Source: Corallochytrium limacisporum Hawaii (Eukaryota > Protista > Pluriformea). Taken from it: DNA of 64,000 bases. The stretch is from contig PDIP01000054.1 in assembly GCA_002811645.1 (NCBI GenBank), forward strand, positions 59,794 through 123,793, read 5' to 3'. Made by a program: the position numbers and the translations under genes. Positions 20,926 through 30,757 of the stretch are shown in pieces; the stretch's first letter is position 1; each line of letters starts with the position of its first letter. The notes under the pieces are model-generated. The model worked only from the letters and a program-made list of their open reading frames with translations, made no database searches and was not told where the DNA came from.

Positions 20926-22503
20926 ATGAGCATGTCCCCAGAGGAACAGAAGGTTATTGGTGCTGCCATGCAGCGGCTTCCCGAAGATGTGAAAGGACGG
21001 GTGGGCAAGCTCTTCACTACAGCCATGCCAGAGCTGCAGTTTGTGCTGAAGGAGATCCTGATCGCTCTGGCACCCCACATCAACAACGGTGCTGCTGCAG
21101 CACCTGCCACTGGGGGCACCGCAAATGCTGCCTCCCAACCCGCAGACGTTAAAACTGAAGAAGAGCAGGCGGAGACAAAACCAGCGCCCTCCAGGCAACC
21201 GAAAATTGTCTCTCGTAACTGCGCATCACAAACAGACATTACTCTGCCGGATCCGCTACCTTCAGCAGCAACAGTAACAGGAGTAGTTATGCCTACAGTT
21301 GCCAACGGATCCGCTGTGGTTTCAGCGGCCCCGGTTTCAAAGGTCGGAAAGGTATCGAAGCAGATTTCTGTATCCGAGTCGAAAGAGGATTTCACACTGC
21401 TCAAGAACGTCGGCTTCACAGTACCGAAACGCAAGGGCCTGGACCTGGTGTACCACGCCACGGACCGGTGTCTTCGCGCAATGAAGGACGGAACGCAGGC
21501 CGTCGCGCAGATTGCCGTGGATAACATCGCTCTGGTGGCGATCGTTGTGGATCATGTCAGTCCGACAAAAGCAACGTGGCATGCGTTCATAATCGAACAC
21601 CCGTCCCCGAACTTCAAGCGCGCCAAACGGGGCCAACAAAATGTGGGAGAAGTGCTGGCTATTGCTTCGCCTGCGGTCGAAGGGTCGGAGGATTGTGTGG
21701 TGGACAGCAGTGGAAGCGGTGATGCGGAGGATGGTGACGCTCCGGCCGATGGGGGCAAAAAGCAAAAGGAAGGAAGGGGTGCGAAGCGTGCGGCCGCATC
21801 TGCGGCCAAGACCCAACGTGTGCCATCGAACAGTGCCGAGTTCAATGCTTGGCTTGGGAACGAGCATCCTGAAATCGCAACTTTGGTCAAACACCTAAAA
21901 TCCCTTCGTCCAAGCGGAATTCCAATTATGTTTGCGCGGGATAGCAGTTTTAAGAGCCAGCGCCGAGTTGGTGGCGGCTACCCATTTGTCATGGCAAATG
22001 TGAACATGAAGGAAGGACCACTGTACATCATGAAAGATGGTCTACTTTTTGCCAAGAACCCATATTTGTGGATCCCATATGACGACATTGCCAACATGGG
22101 CTTGGAAAACGTGAACAGGCACACATTTGAGCTGCACCTCACGCTCAAATCTGGTGGACCAGTGGAAGAGCTCTGCATGATATCGGCCGAGGAAGTCGAT
22201 GTGCTGGCGGAGCATCTGAAGCGAAACGCGGGCAAGGCCACGAACTGGCAGGAGACAAAGCAGGAAGACGGCGATGACGATGACGACGACGACGAAGACG
22301 ATGAGGACGAACAGGATGCGGACTTCAAAGAGGAAAGCGAGGAAGAGAGCTCCAGCGATGAGGACAGCGAAGATGAAGGCTCAGGAGAGCCGGAGGACGA
22401 GGAAGATGAGGATGGAGAGGAAGACTTGGAGGACGAAGAGGAAGATCTTGAGGAGGAAGAAGAGGAAGCCTCCAAACCCAAGAAAAAGCCGCGCCATGTC
22501 TAA
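20926..22503 (+). CDS. Rtt106/SSRP1-like tandem-PH histone chaperone with acidic tail
   Basis: LKNVGFTVPKRKGLDL (first PH domain) and KEGPLYIMKDGLLFAKNPYLWIPYDDI...RHTFEL (Rtt106-type PH domain). A long D/E tail is followed by the NLS-like KPKKKPRH. Confidence 0.75.
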   Translation: MSMSPEEQKVIGAAMQRLPEDVKGRVGKLFTTAMPELQFVLKEILIALAPHINNGAAAAPATGGTANAASQPADVKTEEEQAETKPAPSRQPKIVSRNCASQTDITLPDPLPSAATVTGVVMPTVANGSAVVSAAPVSKVGKVSKQISVSESKEDFTLLKNVGFTVPKRKGLDLVYHATDRCLRAMKDGTQAVAQIAVDNIALVAIVVDHVSPTKATWHAFIIEHPSPNFKRAKRGQQNVGEVLAIASPAVEGSEDCVVDSSGSGDAEDGDAPADGGKKQKEGRGAKRAAASAAKTQRVPSNSAEFNAWLGNEHPEIATLVKHLKSLRPSGIPIMFARDSSFKSQRRVGGGYPFVMANVNMKEGPLYIMKDGLLFAKNPYLWIPYDDIANMGLENVNRHTFELHLTLKSGGPVEELCMISAEEVDVLAEHLKRNAGKATNWQETKQEDGDDDDDDDEDDEDEQDADFKEESEEESSSDEDSEDEGSGEPEDEEDEDGEEDLEDEEEDLEEEEEEASKPKKKPRHV

Positions 22504-22680
22504 TGTTGTGACGCGAGGTAGTCTGGTATCACACTGTTCGATGGTCAGTCATCAAGTTTGTTGACATTCGACCGTATAGAAACGCAATTTCAAGTACATG
22601 TTACATAGTGAGGGTTCATGTTAACCGTATTATGTTGTGTATGTGTATGCTTGCTTATGTAGTTGAAGGGTGGATTTTGC

Positions 22681-25266
22681 TCACTTACCCCATTCTCGAC
22701 GCAACTTCATGCGCGCTTCGTAGTCCCGGGCACCGGCTTCAACAGACATGGGCGTGTACCGAGTGGCCAGATTGCTGAAGAAACGGAGCTGGCTGTCCCG
22801 TACGTCCTCCGGGAAATACCAGACATGATACCACAGCGTGCCCTGGGCCAGGGCCATTAGCACTTCCGTGGTACCGACAGGGAATCGTTTGTATCCAGCT
22901 CGGTGCAGCAAAATCTTGGCCAAGGTCGCCAAAGCGTTGATGGCAGCGTAGAATTGAATGTCCCTCTGCCGCCAGACACTGCTCGCAGCAAAGGCGGCCA
23001 GGCCAGCACTGGCGGCAAACGCCGTCTGGGTCAGGGCCTCTGCACCACTGCGCCTGCGGTTCAGCAGGGCTGTGATCAGCGGACCACCAGCACTCAGGAG
23101 GAATACGAAGACAGCCGGCCGGATGTTATCAATGCGCAGAATGGCTTGGAGAATTCGCTGAAGTGTGCTTTCGCCGCCTCCAGACCTCTTCATGCCAAGC
23201 GCCCTATAGACAAGATGTTCAATCTTGTACCCAGACTGAGTGGATGACACCGCATCGACGGCGTCCTCCCCGGCCTCTAGACTGCTATCATCCACCACAT
23301 CCGCGTCCTCCTCCCCGGCCATGACGCCAAGGCGCGGCCCTTTGCCGACTAGCGGAGTCCGTAGTCCCGCGGCTGGTCCGGTTGGGCTCACAATCGGTTC
23401 GCGCGCCGACTCAAAGCTCTGGTCATGATCACGACCGCGATTGCCAAAGGTTGATTGGTGCTGGCTCGTGTTGAGCATGTTGGAAGTATTCACGTTGCTG
23501 TCGCCAGCCAGTGGACCGTCTGTAATGGCACTGTTGTCCAGTAGAGGATTTCGTCTGAATCCGCCTATCTTCTTGCTCCGCTTACGCCGATTATAAACCA
23601 GGGCTATTAAAATACCGTAGGCCACTCGCACCGCCAGCATTGCAGCCGCTGTCCGTCCCGCTCGCTTCAGAATGGTAGACCGCGCAGTCGCCGCAGAGCC
23701 CGGCTGTGTTAATTTCATTGGATCCTGCCCGTACAACAAGCCCAGAGCAAACTGAGGCAGGCCGCGCAGCGTGTCAATCTTTGACTTGTCCCCGGATACC
23801 CACAGCGCCGACAGCGCAGCCCATGCACCCGCGAACATGAGTTCTGGTGCGTGCGGCACCCTGGGCAGCCAGCCAATCCGTACCAAGTGAGAGAACCACA
23901 TGTCTAAACTGTTGTTCCACATGTACAGAGACAGGGCCTCCTTGCGTTGCGCGGTCTCCACAGTGCTGGCTGCCAGACTGGAAATAAAGCCTGCGGCAAA
24001 CTCAGATTGGAGATGATGTTTACCCAGGGTACTCCGCAGCGCACACCGAGCTGCGCCATGACCCACAGAACTGATAGTCAGGAACAAACCGCTGCGCATG
24101 ATCTTCGGGATAATCTGCCGCAGCGTGGTGATGGGTTGGCGAAAGACTTCACCGTTGAGGATCTTTGGGCCGAGGAAGACCACTGTGTAGACCCTGCAGA
24201 ATTGCGGATACATGGCCACTGCAACCTTGAGCCAGTACGTGCGGCAGTCAGTGAGGCCAGTGTAAGGGTGGAAGAAGTCGCTGCATGATTCCTCGGTGAT
24301 TCGGTCACCAATGTGTGGAGGTGGGTCGATGCCGGGGATGCGGAATGGATCGTGGATTCGCAAGGCAGAGACGTCATCGTTGTCTTCAATGTAGTCGTTA
24401 TCATCACCGTCTTCGTGACGGTCCTTCCGATGATGGGGACGTGGATGTTTCAAGTCCTTTGACTTCAGCTTGCCCGTAGCCCCGCGCTTCCGTGGAGATG
24501 CATCTGCACTCTGATGCTTGCTTCCCTGTTGCGACTTCTTCGGTGAAGTTGTTTTGTTGTGCTTGCGGGGGGAAGGTAGCTTGCCGTTCTCGGGAGGGTT
24601 GTCGTTTTCATTGCCGTTCTCGTCCTTCCAGGTGAATTGAATGGCGTTTTCGCTAGTGTTAGTCGCGACGCTTTCCCGCAAAAATGTGGATCCACCGATT
24701 GGTAGGATACCCGGTGCTTCATCCGAGACGTTCGACTCCAGCCGCTTGCGCGGTCTGACGGCCATGGCATCCTCCGTTGATTGGATACTTGTCCGCGATT
24801 GGCTGCGGCGCCGACTACGTGGTTGGTGACGGGGCTGACTGGTTACACTCCCTGGCGTAGCGGCCACAGTAGCAGTGTCAGTAGCCCGTTTTGGAGACAG
24901 TGCATGAAGCAAATCAGCGGAGAAGCTCGAGACCGTGGGCGTGGCCGTACCGACAGAGCCGGCAATTCCTGTGGCCGACACAGAGCTCTGGTTCAAATAG
25001 CTGCCGGCACTGGCTTTCCGATGTCGTGGAATTCCATGGCGACGAGGAGCCGCCGACATGGGATCGATGAGTCCCTCATGACTGGCATTCAGAGGGGTCT
25101 GTCCCGGATGGTCCACCATGGCGAGCCTGTTTGCGAAAGGTCCACTCGAGTCCTTCCTCCCTGACCACACGCGTTTCCGTTCCGATCCAGTGCGTGGTGA
25201 TGCAAAGTTACCCGACTTGGGCGTCCTTGCTTCTGTATTAGTGTTCAGCCTCTTCAGGTCACTCAT
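22681..25266 (-). CDS. TMEM135-like membrane protein with long disordered N-terminus and insert
   Basis: Motifs C-x4-HP...C, RSGLFL, AGFISS...VETAQRKEALSLY and GWLPRVPHAPELMF, with a second related half at the C-terminus. First ATG is at 25266 (the ORF-track start is a GTG). Confidence 0.75.
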   Translation of the reverse strand: MSDLKRLNTNTEARTPKSGNFASPRTGSERKRVWSGRKDSSGPFANRLAMVDHPGQTPLNASHEGLIDPMSAAPRRHGIPRHRKASAGSYLNQSSVSATGIAGSVGTATPTVSSFSADLLHALSPKRATDTATVAATPGSVTSQPRHQPRSRRRSQSRTSIQSTEDAMAVRPRKRLESNVSDEAPGILPIGGSTFLRESVATNTSENAIQFTWKDENGNENDNPPENGKLPSPRKHNKTTSPKKSQQGSKHQSADASPRKRGATGKLKSKDLKHPRPHHRKDRHEDGDDNDYIEDNDDVSALRIHDPFRIPGIDPPPHIGDRITEESCSDFFHPYTGLTDCRTYWLKVAVAMYPQFCRVYTVVFLGPKILNGEVFRQPITTLRQIIPKIMRSGLFLTISSVGHGAARCALRSTLGKHHLQSEFAAGFISSLAASTVETAQRKEALSLYMWNNSLDMWFSHLVRIGWLPRVPHAPELMFAGAWAALSALWVSGDKSKIDTLRGLPQFALGLLYGQDPMKLTQPGSAATARSTILKRAGRTAAAMLAVRVAYGILIALVYNRRKRSKKIGGFRRNPLLDNSAITDGPLAGDSNVNTSNMLNTSQHQSTFGNRGRDHDQSFESAREPIVSPTGPAAGLRTPLVGKGPRLGVMAGEEDADVVDDSSLEAGEDAVDAVSSTQSGYKIEHLVYRALGMKRSGGGESTLQRILQAILRIDNIRPAVFVFLLSAGGPLITALLNRRRSGAEALTQTAFAASAGLAAFAASSVWRQRDIQFYAAINALATLAKILLHRAGYKRFPVGTTEVLMALAQGTLWYHVWYFPEDVRDSQLRFFSNLATRYTPMSVEAGARDYEARMKLRREWGK

Positions 25267-25918
25267 TGGGCCCGATAAGTGTTGGCAACCCGAATGTTTT
25301 GGCCGCAATACTCGTGCAAGAGTTTCTTGAGCGCTGAATACCACGGCCCTGTTGGATTCGACAAACCTTGTGTAGGTTGCATGCACTTGATTACATGCGG
25401 TATCATATGTTCAGTTCATAGAAAAAATGCCTACCCCACGTACACGTAACGCAGGCACCACGGCGTTTGCCTGTCATGCGCGATACACTTTGCGGTCCCC
25501 CTGGGACTCCTTGCGGGAGTCCCGTACCCGCTGCAAGCGCGCTGGAAGTGGGTGACTGCTGAACAACAGTACCACTGGGCCCTTCCCTCTCCTCACAACC
25601 CAACAAGCGAGAAAGGGCAAAGAGTGAAAAAAAACGGAGGGGGAGGGGAGGACGAGAGAGAAAGGAAACCCCGTGCAAAACACAGAAACGGGTGGGCCTC
25701 AAGCCGCACCCAGCGAGAGAGCCTTTGGGGAGGGGGGGGGTTTTTGGGAGGGGAGGGTGGGCCCGGAACGGGAAAAGAAAAGAGAGACCCCCGAAAGAAA
25801 AAGAAACAAAAAAAAAGGAGAGATGAGAGAGGCAGAGATGAGATCCCTCTCCCCCTCCCCGTCTCCCTTTTGGTCGTTTCAAAATTCTTACTAAACCCCA
25901 AAACCCCCAACTGAGCGT

Positions 25919-25954
25919 GCCAGTCAGTCAGCCAGCCAGCCAGCCAGCCAGCCA
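25919..25954. repeat. (CAGT)/(GCCA)n tetranucleotide repeat
   Basis: cagtcagtcagccagccagccagccagccagcca. Confidence 0.9.
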
Positions 25955-27125
25955 ACAAAAGCAGGACGAAGAGTGATGTGGAGCCCGGGACAGTGAACCC
26001 TCCCCCCGGGGACCGCAGGTAACCCCGTCCCCTTCTCCCTGCCGGGGGCTGCAATCCAGGATAATCGACGAGGCCTGCTCATACCTACGGAACCGGAATT
26101 TTCTTCGCTGCAGAAGTCCTGTGCGCAAATACCCACTGCGAAGTTTTACAATTCGGAAAAACAGGGCCAGGGCCCCGGTGGGGTGCAAGAGAGAAAAAAA
26201 AAGGACAAGTGCGAGAGGGCGGGCTGAGCCAGAGCAAAGGGAAAAAAAAAAGAGAAACCCACGAGAGAACGGGATCCTAACCTAAGCACAGCACCACCAG
26301 CACTGGGCAAAAAGTCAAATGGGCACAACACAGCTGCACTTCACCACCTCTCTCTCCCCCCCCCACCCTGGTCCTTCCCTTGCCTAATCCCCCACCGATC
26401 GTTCCGTCCAAGAATAACACACGCACGGCCCAAGAGCGCAGGGGCGGTGGTGGTGCATGGGGACACCAAACCGAGAACAGCAATCAAACTCGTCAAAACG
26501 TCCACCGGATCACCATGGACAGGCGGCTCAGCATGGAACTAGCGAATCTCTGTGCTGACCTGGAAGAATGTGTATATGTGTGTGTGTGTAAGTCAGATAG
26601 TCTGTTAGCATGGCAGACATCGTCGTGGACTGGACACCAAATGGATGAGATCTATGAATTACATGTGATATCGAACACCATGTTTTTTCTACGGTGCTCC
26701 GCAGCAACTGTTCGTGCTCTGTTTCCCTGGATAGAGACAAATGCCACACCTCCACATCACTGGTCTTTCGTCAAATGTGGTCGCGGTTCCATCATCTCTC
26801 TCCCCGAAGACAAACTGCAGGAGAATCGAACGAAACAGACCGTCTAACGGTCACTTTAACGCAACAACGAAGAAAATGGACATCAGCGGACACGGAGAGT
26901 TTGAGAAAGAATGCGCATGGTGGTCGTGCGCGTTGAATCTGGAAGCTTCCGTCTTCCCGTTATCACCATCCAGCATCAAACCAAGAAACCATAAAGCCCA
27001 TCCAAAATGCAAAATACCCAATGAGACACGTACCTAAACACACCTCGGTCTGGCCATGGGGTTTCCCACCACGGGTGTGTACCCAATTGCCACCACCGTT
27101 CCCTCTGCATCATTGTTCTGGCCGA

Positions 27126-27152
27126 GTGTGTGTGTGTGTGTGTGTGTGTGTG
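27126..27152. repeat. (GT)n microsatellite
   Basis: Read directly from the sequence. Confidence 0.95.
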
Positions 27153-27241
27153 AGCGAGTAGCGGGTTGCGGGCTGTAAGAATCGGGTGGCTAAAAATACA
27201 TTCCCGTCCCCGTGCCTGGACTCTTCCACCGTCTCCCCCCC

Positions 27242-27394
27242 NNNNNNNNNNNNNNNNNNNNNNNNNNNNNNNNNNNNNNNNNNNNNNNNNNNNNNNNNNN
27301 NNNNNNNNNNNNNNNNNNNNNNNNNNNNNNNNNNNNNNNNNNNNNNNNNNNNNNNNNNNNNNNNNNNNNNNNNNNNNNNNNNNNNNNNNNNNNN
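27242..27394. other. Assembly gap
   Basis: N run flanked by poly-C on both sides. Confidence 1.
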
Positions 27395-28173
27395 CCCCCC
27401 CCCCCCCCCTGCCGTTCTACTACCACAGGAACCATGGGGGAATTCAGCGGAAATTCAGCCGGGCAAATGCCTGACGGTTTTGAAATCATTGCAGGACTCG
27501 CGAGTCCTCCTCCACCTCACCTTGGAACCACCCACCAGGCAGGAGACTGGGACAGCGGGCAGACTTGCCCTGGTTTTCTCTCTTTTGGGATCTTTTTTTG
27601 CTTTCAGTGTTTTTTGGGGGTGAGAGAGGAGCGAGCAAATGAACCCCCCCCCCGGGGGGGGCCTGGGGAGGAAATAGGCCCCAAAACAATCACAAACTAA
27701 ATCAGAAATCAAAAGGAGGCCCCCCCCAACCAGCGATAAACTTTCCTTTTGGGGGGGTTGCCGGCCACCATTCTGCCAAAGGGGAAGAAAGTCCAAAACC
27801 GCTCCTTACTTTCCCCTAACCTGGCCCGTCCGTTCCCTTTTGGCGGTGTATTGTAGATTTTTTTGAAATACGGTCCGGTACTTGGGCCATATTGAAAGGG
27901 GTTCCATTTTTGACCAACCTCCAGGCTCTCCAACCTGGGAGACGAAGGCACCCCCCCCCTTCCCCGGGCCTCCCATGGAAAAGGTAGAAGAAGCAAAGCC
28001 AGACCCCGGGAGAACGAAACACCCAAAAAAAAAATAAGGAATGGTTGGAGACCAAGAAGTTCCCGCCACTTTTTTCCATGAAGGTTTTCCTTCCCCTTCT
28101 TTTCTCTTTTTCTTTGTTGCTTTTATTTTCTTTCGCTTGTCTAATAAAACAGACGCAGGCAATGAACACAAAA

Positions 28174-28194
28174 CCCCCCCCCCCCCCGGGGGGG
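28174..28194. repeat. C14G7 self-complementary tract (example of recurrent CnGn element)
   Basis: Similar tracts at 221, 16733, 17013, 19365, 19900, 26002, 27644, 34423, 36442, 47887 and 55627. Confidence 0.9.
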
Positions 28195-28907
28195 CCGTTC
28201 CGTCCGAACGCAGTGGAGGCCCGTCGCCGCCCCCCCCCTTCCCCAGGGACAGGGCTCTCCCCCTTTTTTTCTTTTTTCCGTGCTTTAGTATCGAATTTGT
28301 ATGGGATGGATTTCAAGGAGAACCACCGAGAGCGCCGAGGCCCGGTTACAGCTCCGAAAACGAGAAAGAAAAATTGGAAAATTTCTGGGACGGTAACCAT
28401 CGCCAGAGAACGAACGGTGGAAAAGGGAGGCCCCCCCTCCCCTCTGCGGCACAGGCGGGGAAGTGGGGCGGGAGACCTCGAATTGAACCGCCCCGTTCTT
28501 GAATCAATTTTCCGTCGGTTGGATAAAGAGATCCATTGTTTCGCTATTGGTCCGACGCCCTGTGTTGGGCCCCGAGTCTCCCAAATGTTGTCTGTGTGCG
28601 TGCGTCGGGGGCGGGTCGCCGGTTTTAGTTTTTATCGCCGGGTGGGTCCCGTGGCTACGGGCCCAAACCCCCACCCCGCGGGGCCCGCGCGGGGTAGGTG
28701 GCTCTCATTCATTTTTGATTCATCAACCAATGGACAACATACACATGCATCATTAGGAATATACGCACACCATTGACATACACATCTAAAGCTGAAAACC
28801 TTATACCCGGCTGCTTGCGCACCCAGAAAGACAAAGACAAAAAACTTTGGAGGGTTCATGTTGACAACGGGCCGCTGGTTGGACAGTTTGTGTGTCCAAG
28901 ACGAAAG

Positions 28908-28950
28908 GTATGTAAAGATCGGCAGAAATACTGACACTAAAGGAGCACAG
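28908..28950 (+). other. Candidate 43-nt 5'-UTR intron
   Basis: AAG|GTATGT donor, TACTGAC branch-like motif and CACAG acceptor, ending 80 nt upstream of ATG 29030. Confidence 0.5.
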
Positions 28951-29029
28951 AAGTTTACATTTTGAAAGGAAACAACCTCTTCTGTATATCACGGGATCAT
29001 AAACGTGGAAAACAGTATACGCACACAAA

Positions 29030-30373
29030 ATGAGTCTCAAACTCATGCAAGATTTCTTTCCGGGGCTATTCTGGCTGGTAGACCAGACGGTTCCGGACGT
29101 CATTGACATGGTCTACCCCTCGTATCTGCCAGCAGAGTGCAGAACCGTGGCCCCAACAGCCCCCACCCCGGCTCTCCTTGAGCCCGTGTCAATGGGCAAG
29201 TCGGTCATGAAGTGGCCAACCTTGGCCCCTGTGGCAGCCCTGGGCATTCTGGTGGGCTTCCTGGGTGCCTTTGTGATCGTGAGCCAGCTGCAGGACGGCA
29301 AGGTCTCGGGACCTCGCTACTTCAGCTACGGCCTTTCTTTCTTCTTCTTTGGCTGCATGAATTTGGTCGCCATTTTCTTTCACTGCTTCCTCGATAAGGG
29401 CGAACCGGGTTGGGATGAGCTCTACGCCCTTGACGTTGGTTTCACGTCGGTGGCGAGTCTGTCCTTGATTGCAGGGGCCCTTTGCGACGCCGGCTACTTG
29501 GATGACACCAAGGACGACGTCCGCATACCCCTGATGATCGCCTATCCCAGCGTCTTGCTGACTGCCTATTTGGGTCAGATCAACGACATCTGGTTCGTCG
29601 CTGAGTTTCTGTACCTGGACGTCTCTTGCCTGGCCGCAATCGCCGTCATGTCTCTGATCGTACAGCGCACCTATGCTCTGACCGGAGACTTTCCTCCCGG
29701 TTGGGAGGGACTGGCTTTTGCTTCTGCCGCCGCAGGTGCCTTCATGCTCGCGCCTGTGGACGGTTTGCTCTGTGAGTTCCTCGGACCGAACTTTACGGTC
29801 GTCATCTGGGTCTTCCTTGGCTGTGATCTCGCCTATGTCGGACTATTTGTGTATCTGACCGCATCTGAAGGAAAGATTCCTCTGGGTGCCTCCAAGAAGA
29901 AGGCCAGCGCTCGTGCCTCTAAGGCAGCCAGTGCTGCGGCCAAGGCTGCGTCCAAGCCTCGCGGCAAACCCGGTCCCAAGCCCGGCTCCCGCAAGAGCTC
30001 CGCCAAGTCTTCGGCGAAGAGCAGCGGCAAGTCCTCCACCAAATCTGCTGCGTCTACTCCGAAGCCTCGCGGCCGTCCCGCCGGTTCAAAGAACAAGACT
30101 CCGGCCAAGAGCAGCTCCAAAAAGACTCCGGCCAAGAGCAGCGCCAAGAAGACTCCGGCCAAGTCCAGCGCAAAAAAGACTCCAGCCAAATCCAGCGCCA
30201 AGAAGACTTCGGCCAAGGCCACGCCAAAATCTCGGGCGTCAGCAAAGAAGCCCGCCTCCAAGAGCAGCGCCAAGTCCACGCCCAAGGCGACCGGCGGACG
30301 CAAGCGCAGCGCTAAGGACCTCGTCAGCCCGCCTGTACTGCGGTCGGCCAGCAAGTCTCGCGGTCGTAAGTAA
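29030..30373 (+). CDS. 7-TM membrane protein fused to AT-hook and histone H1-like basic tail
   Basis: Seven hydrophobic segments in about the first 280 aa, then a K/A/S/P-rich tail containing KPRGRPAGSKNK and (KKTPAKSSA)n. The ORF is one continuous frame. Confidence 0.85.
   Translation: MSLKLMQDFFPGLFWLVDQTVPDVIDMVYPSYLPAECRTVAPTAPTPALLEPVSMGKSVMKWPTLAPVAALGILVGFLGAFVIVSQLQDGKVSGPRYFSYGLSFFFFGCMNLVAIFFHCFLDKGEPGWDELYALDVGFTSVASLSLIAGALCDAGYLDDTKDDVRIPLMIAYPSVLLTAYLGQINDIWFVAEFLYLDVSCLAAIAVMSLIVQRTYALTGDFPPGWEGLAFASAAAGAFMLAPVDGLLCEFLGPNFTVVIWVFLGCDLAYVGLFVYLTASEGKIPLGASKKKASARASKAASAAAKAASKPRGKPGPKPGSRKSSAKSSAKSSGKSSTKSAASTPKPRGRPAGSKNKTPAKSSSKKTPAKSSAKKTPAKSSAKKTPAKSSAKKTSAKATPKSRASAKKPASKSSAKSTPKATGGRKRSAKDLVSPPVLRSASKSRGRK
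30095..30217 (+). repeat. Coding 27-nt tandem repeat (KKTPAKSSA, about 4.5 copies)
   Basis: aagactccggccaagagcagc-type units recur every 27 nt with synonymous variation. Confidence 0.85.
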
Positions 30374-30757
30374 AACTCTTCTGCGGCAGTAATCAAAGAA
30401 ACAAATCACAAATTTCATCGCACACCTACCCCACACAAAAACACATACTTCATCCCTTATCTGCAAACTCGCACACATCACGCACTCCTCGCACACTTTT
30501 TCTAACACGGCTAAAAGCAAATTACACAGAGAGATACTCTATATGGCCCTGGTCACTCCGCCCGCAGGCGTGCCGTTCTCATCGTGTTGATCATGGCGAA
30601 GGAAGCGCACTGCCCACAAACATAATTCAGAAAATTAAAATAAATGGAACAAGTCTCATGTAATTTATAGTCTAAAGTCCGCTTTCTTCGTGAATTTTCG
30701 TGTTTCGTCCTCTCGGAGACACTGTTGAAGCGGTGCGTTGCTGCTGGGCCGAAGATA

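Noticed and set aside
30095-30217. CRISPR-like array
   Set aside because: It is a contiguous in-frame coding tandem repeat with no spacers, in a eukaryotic context.
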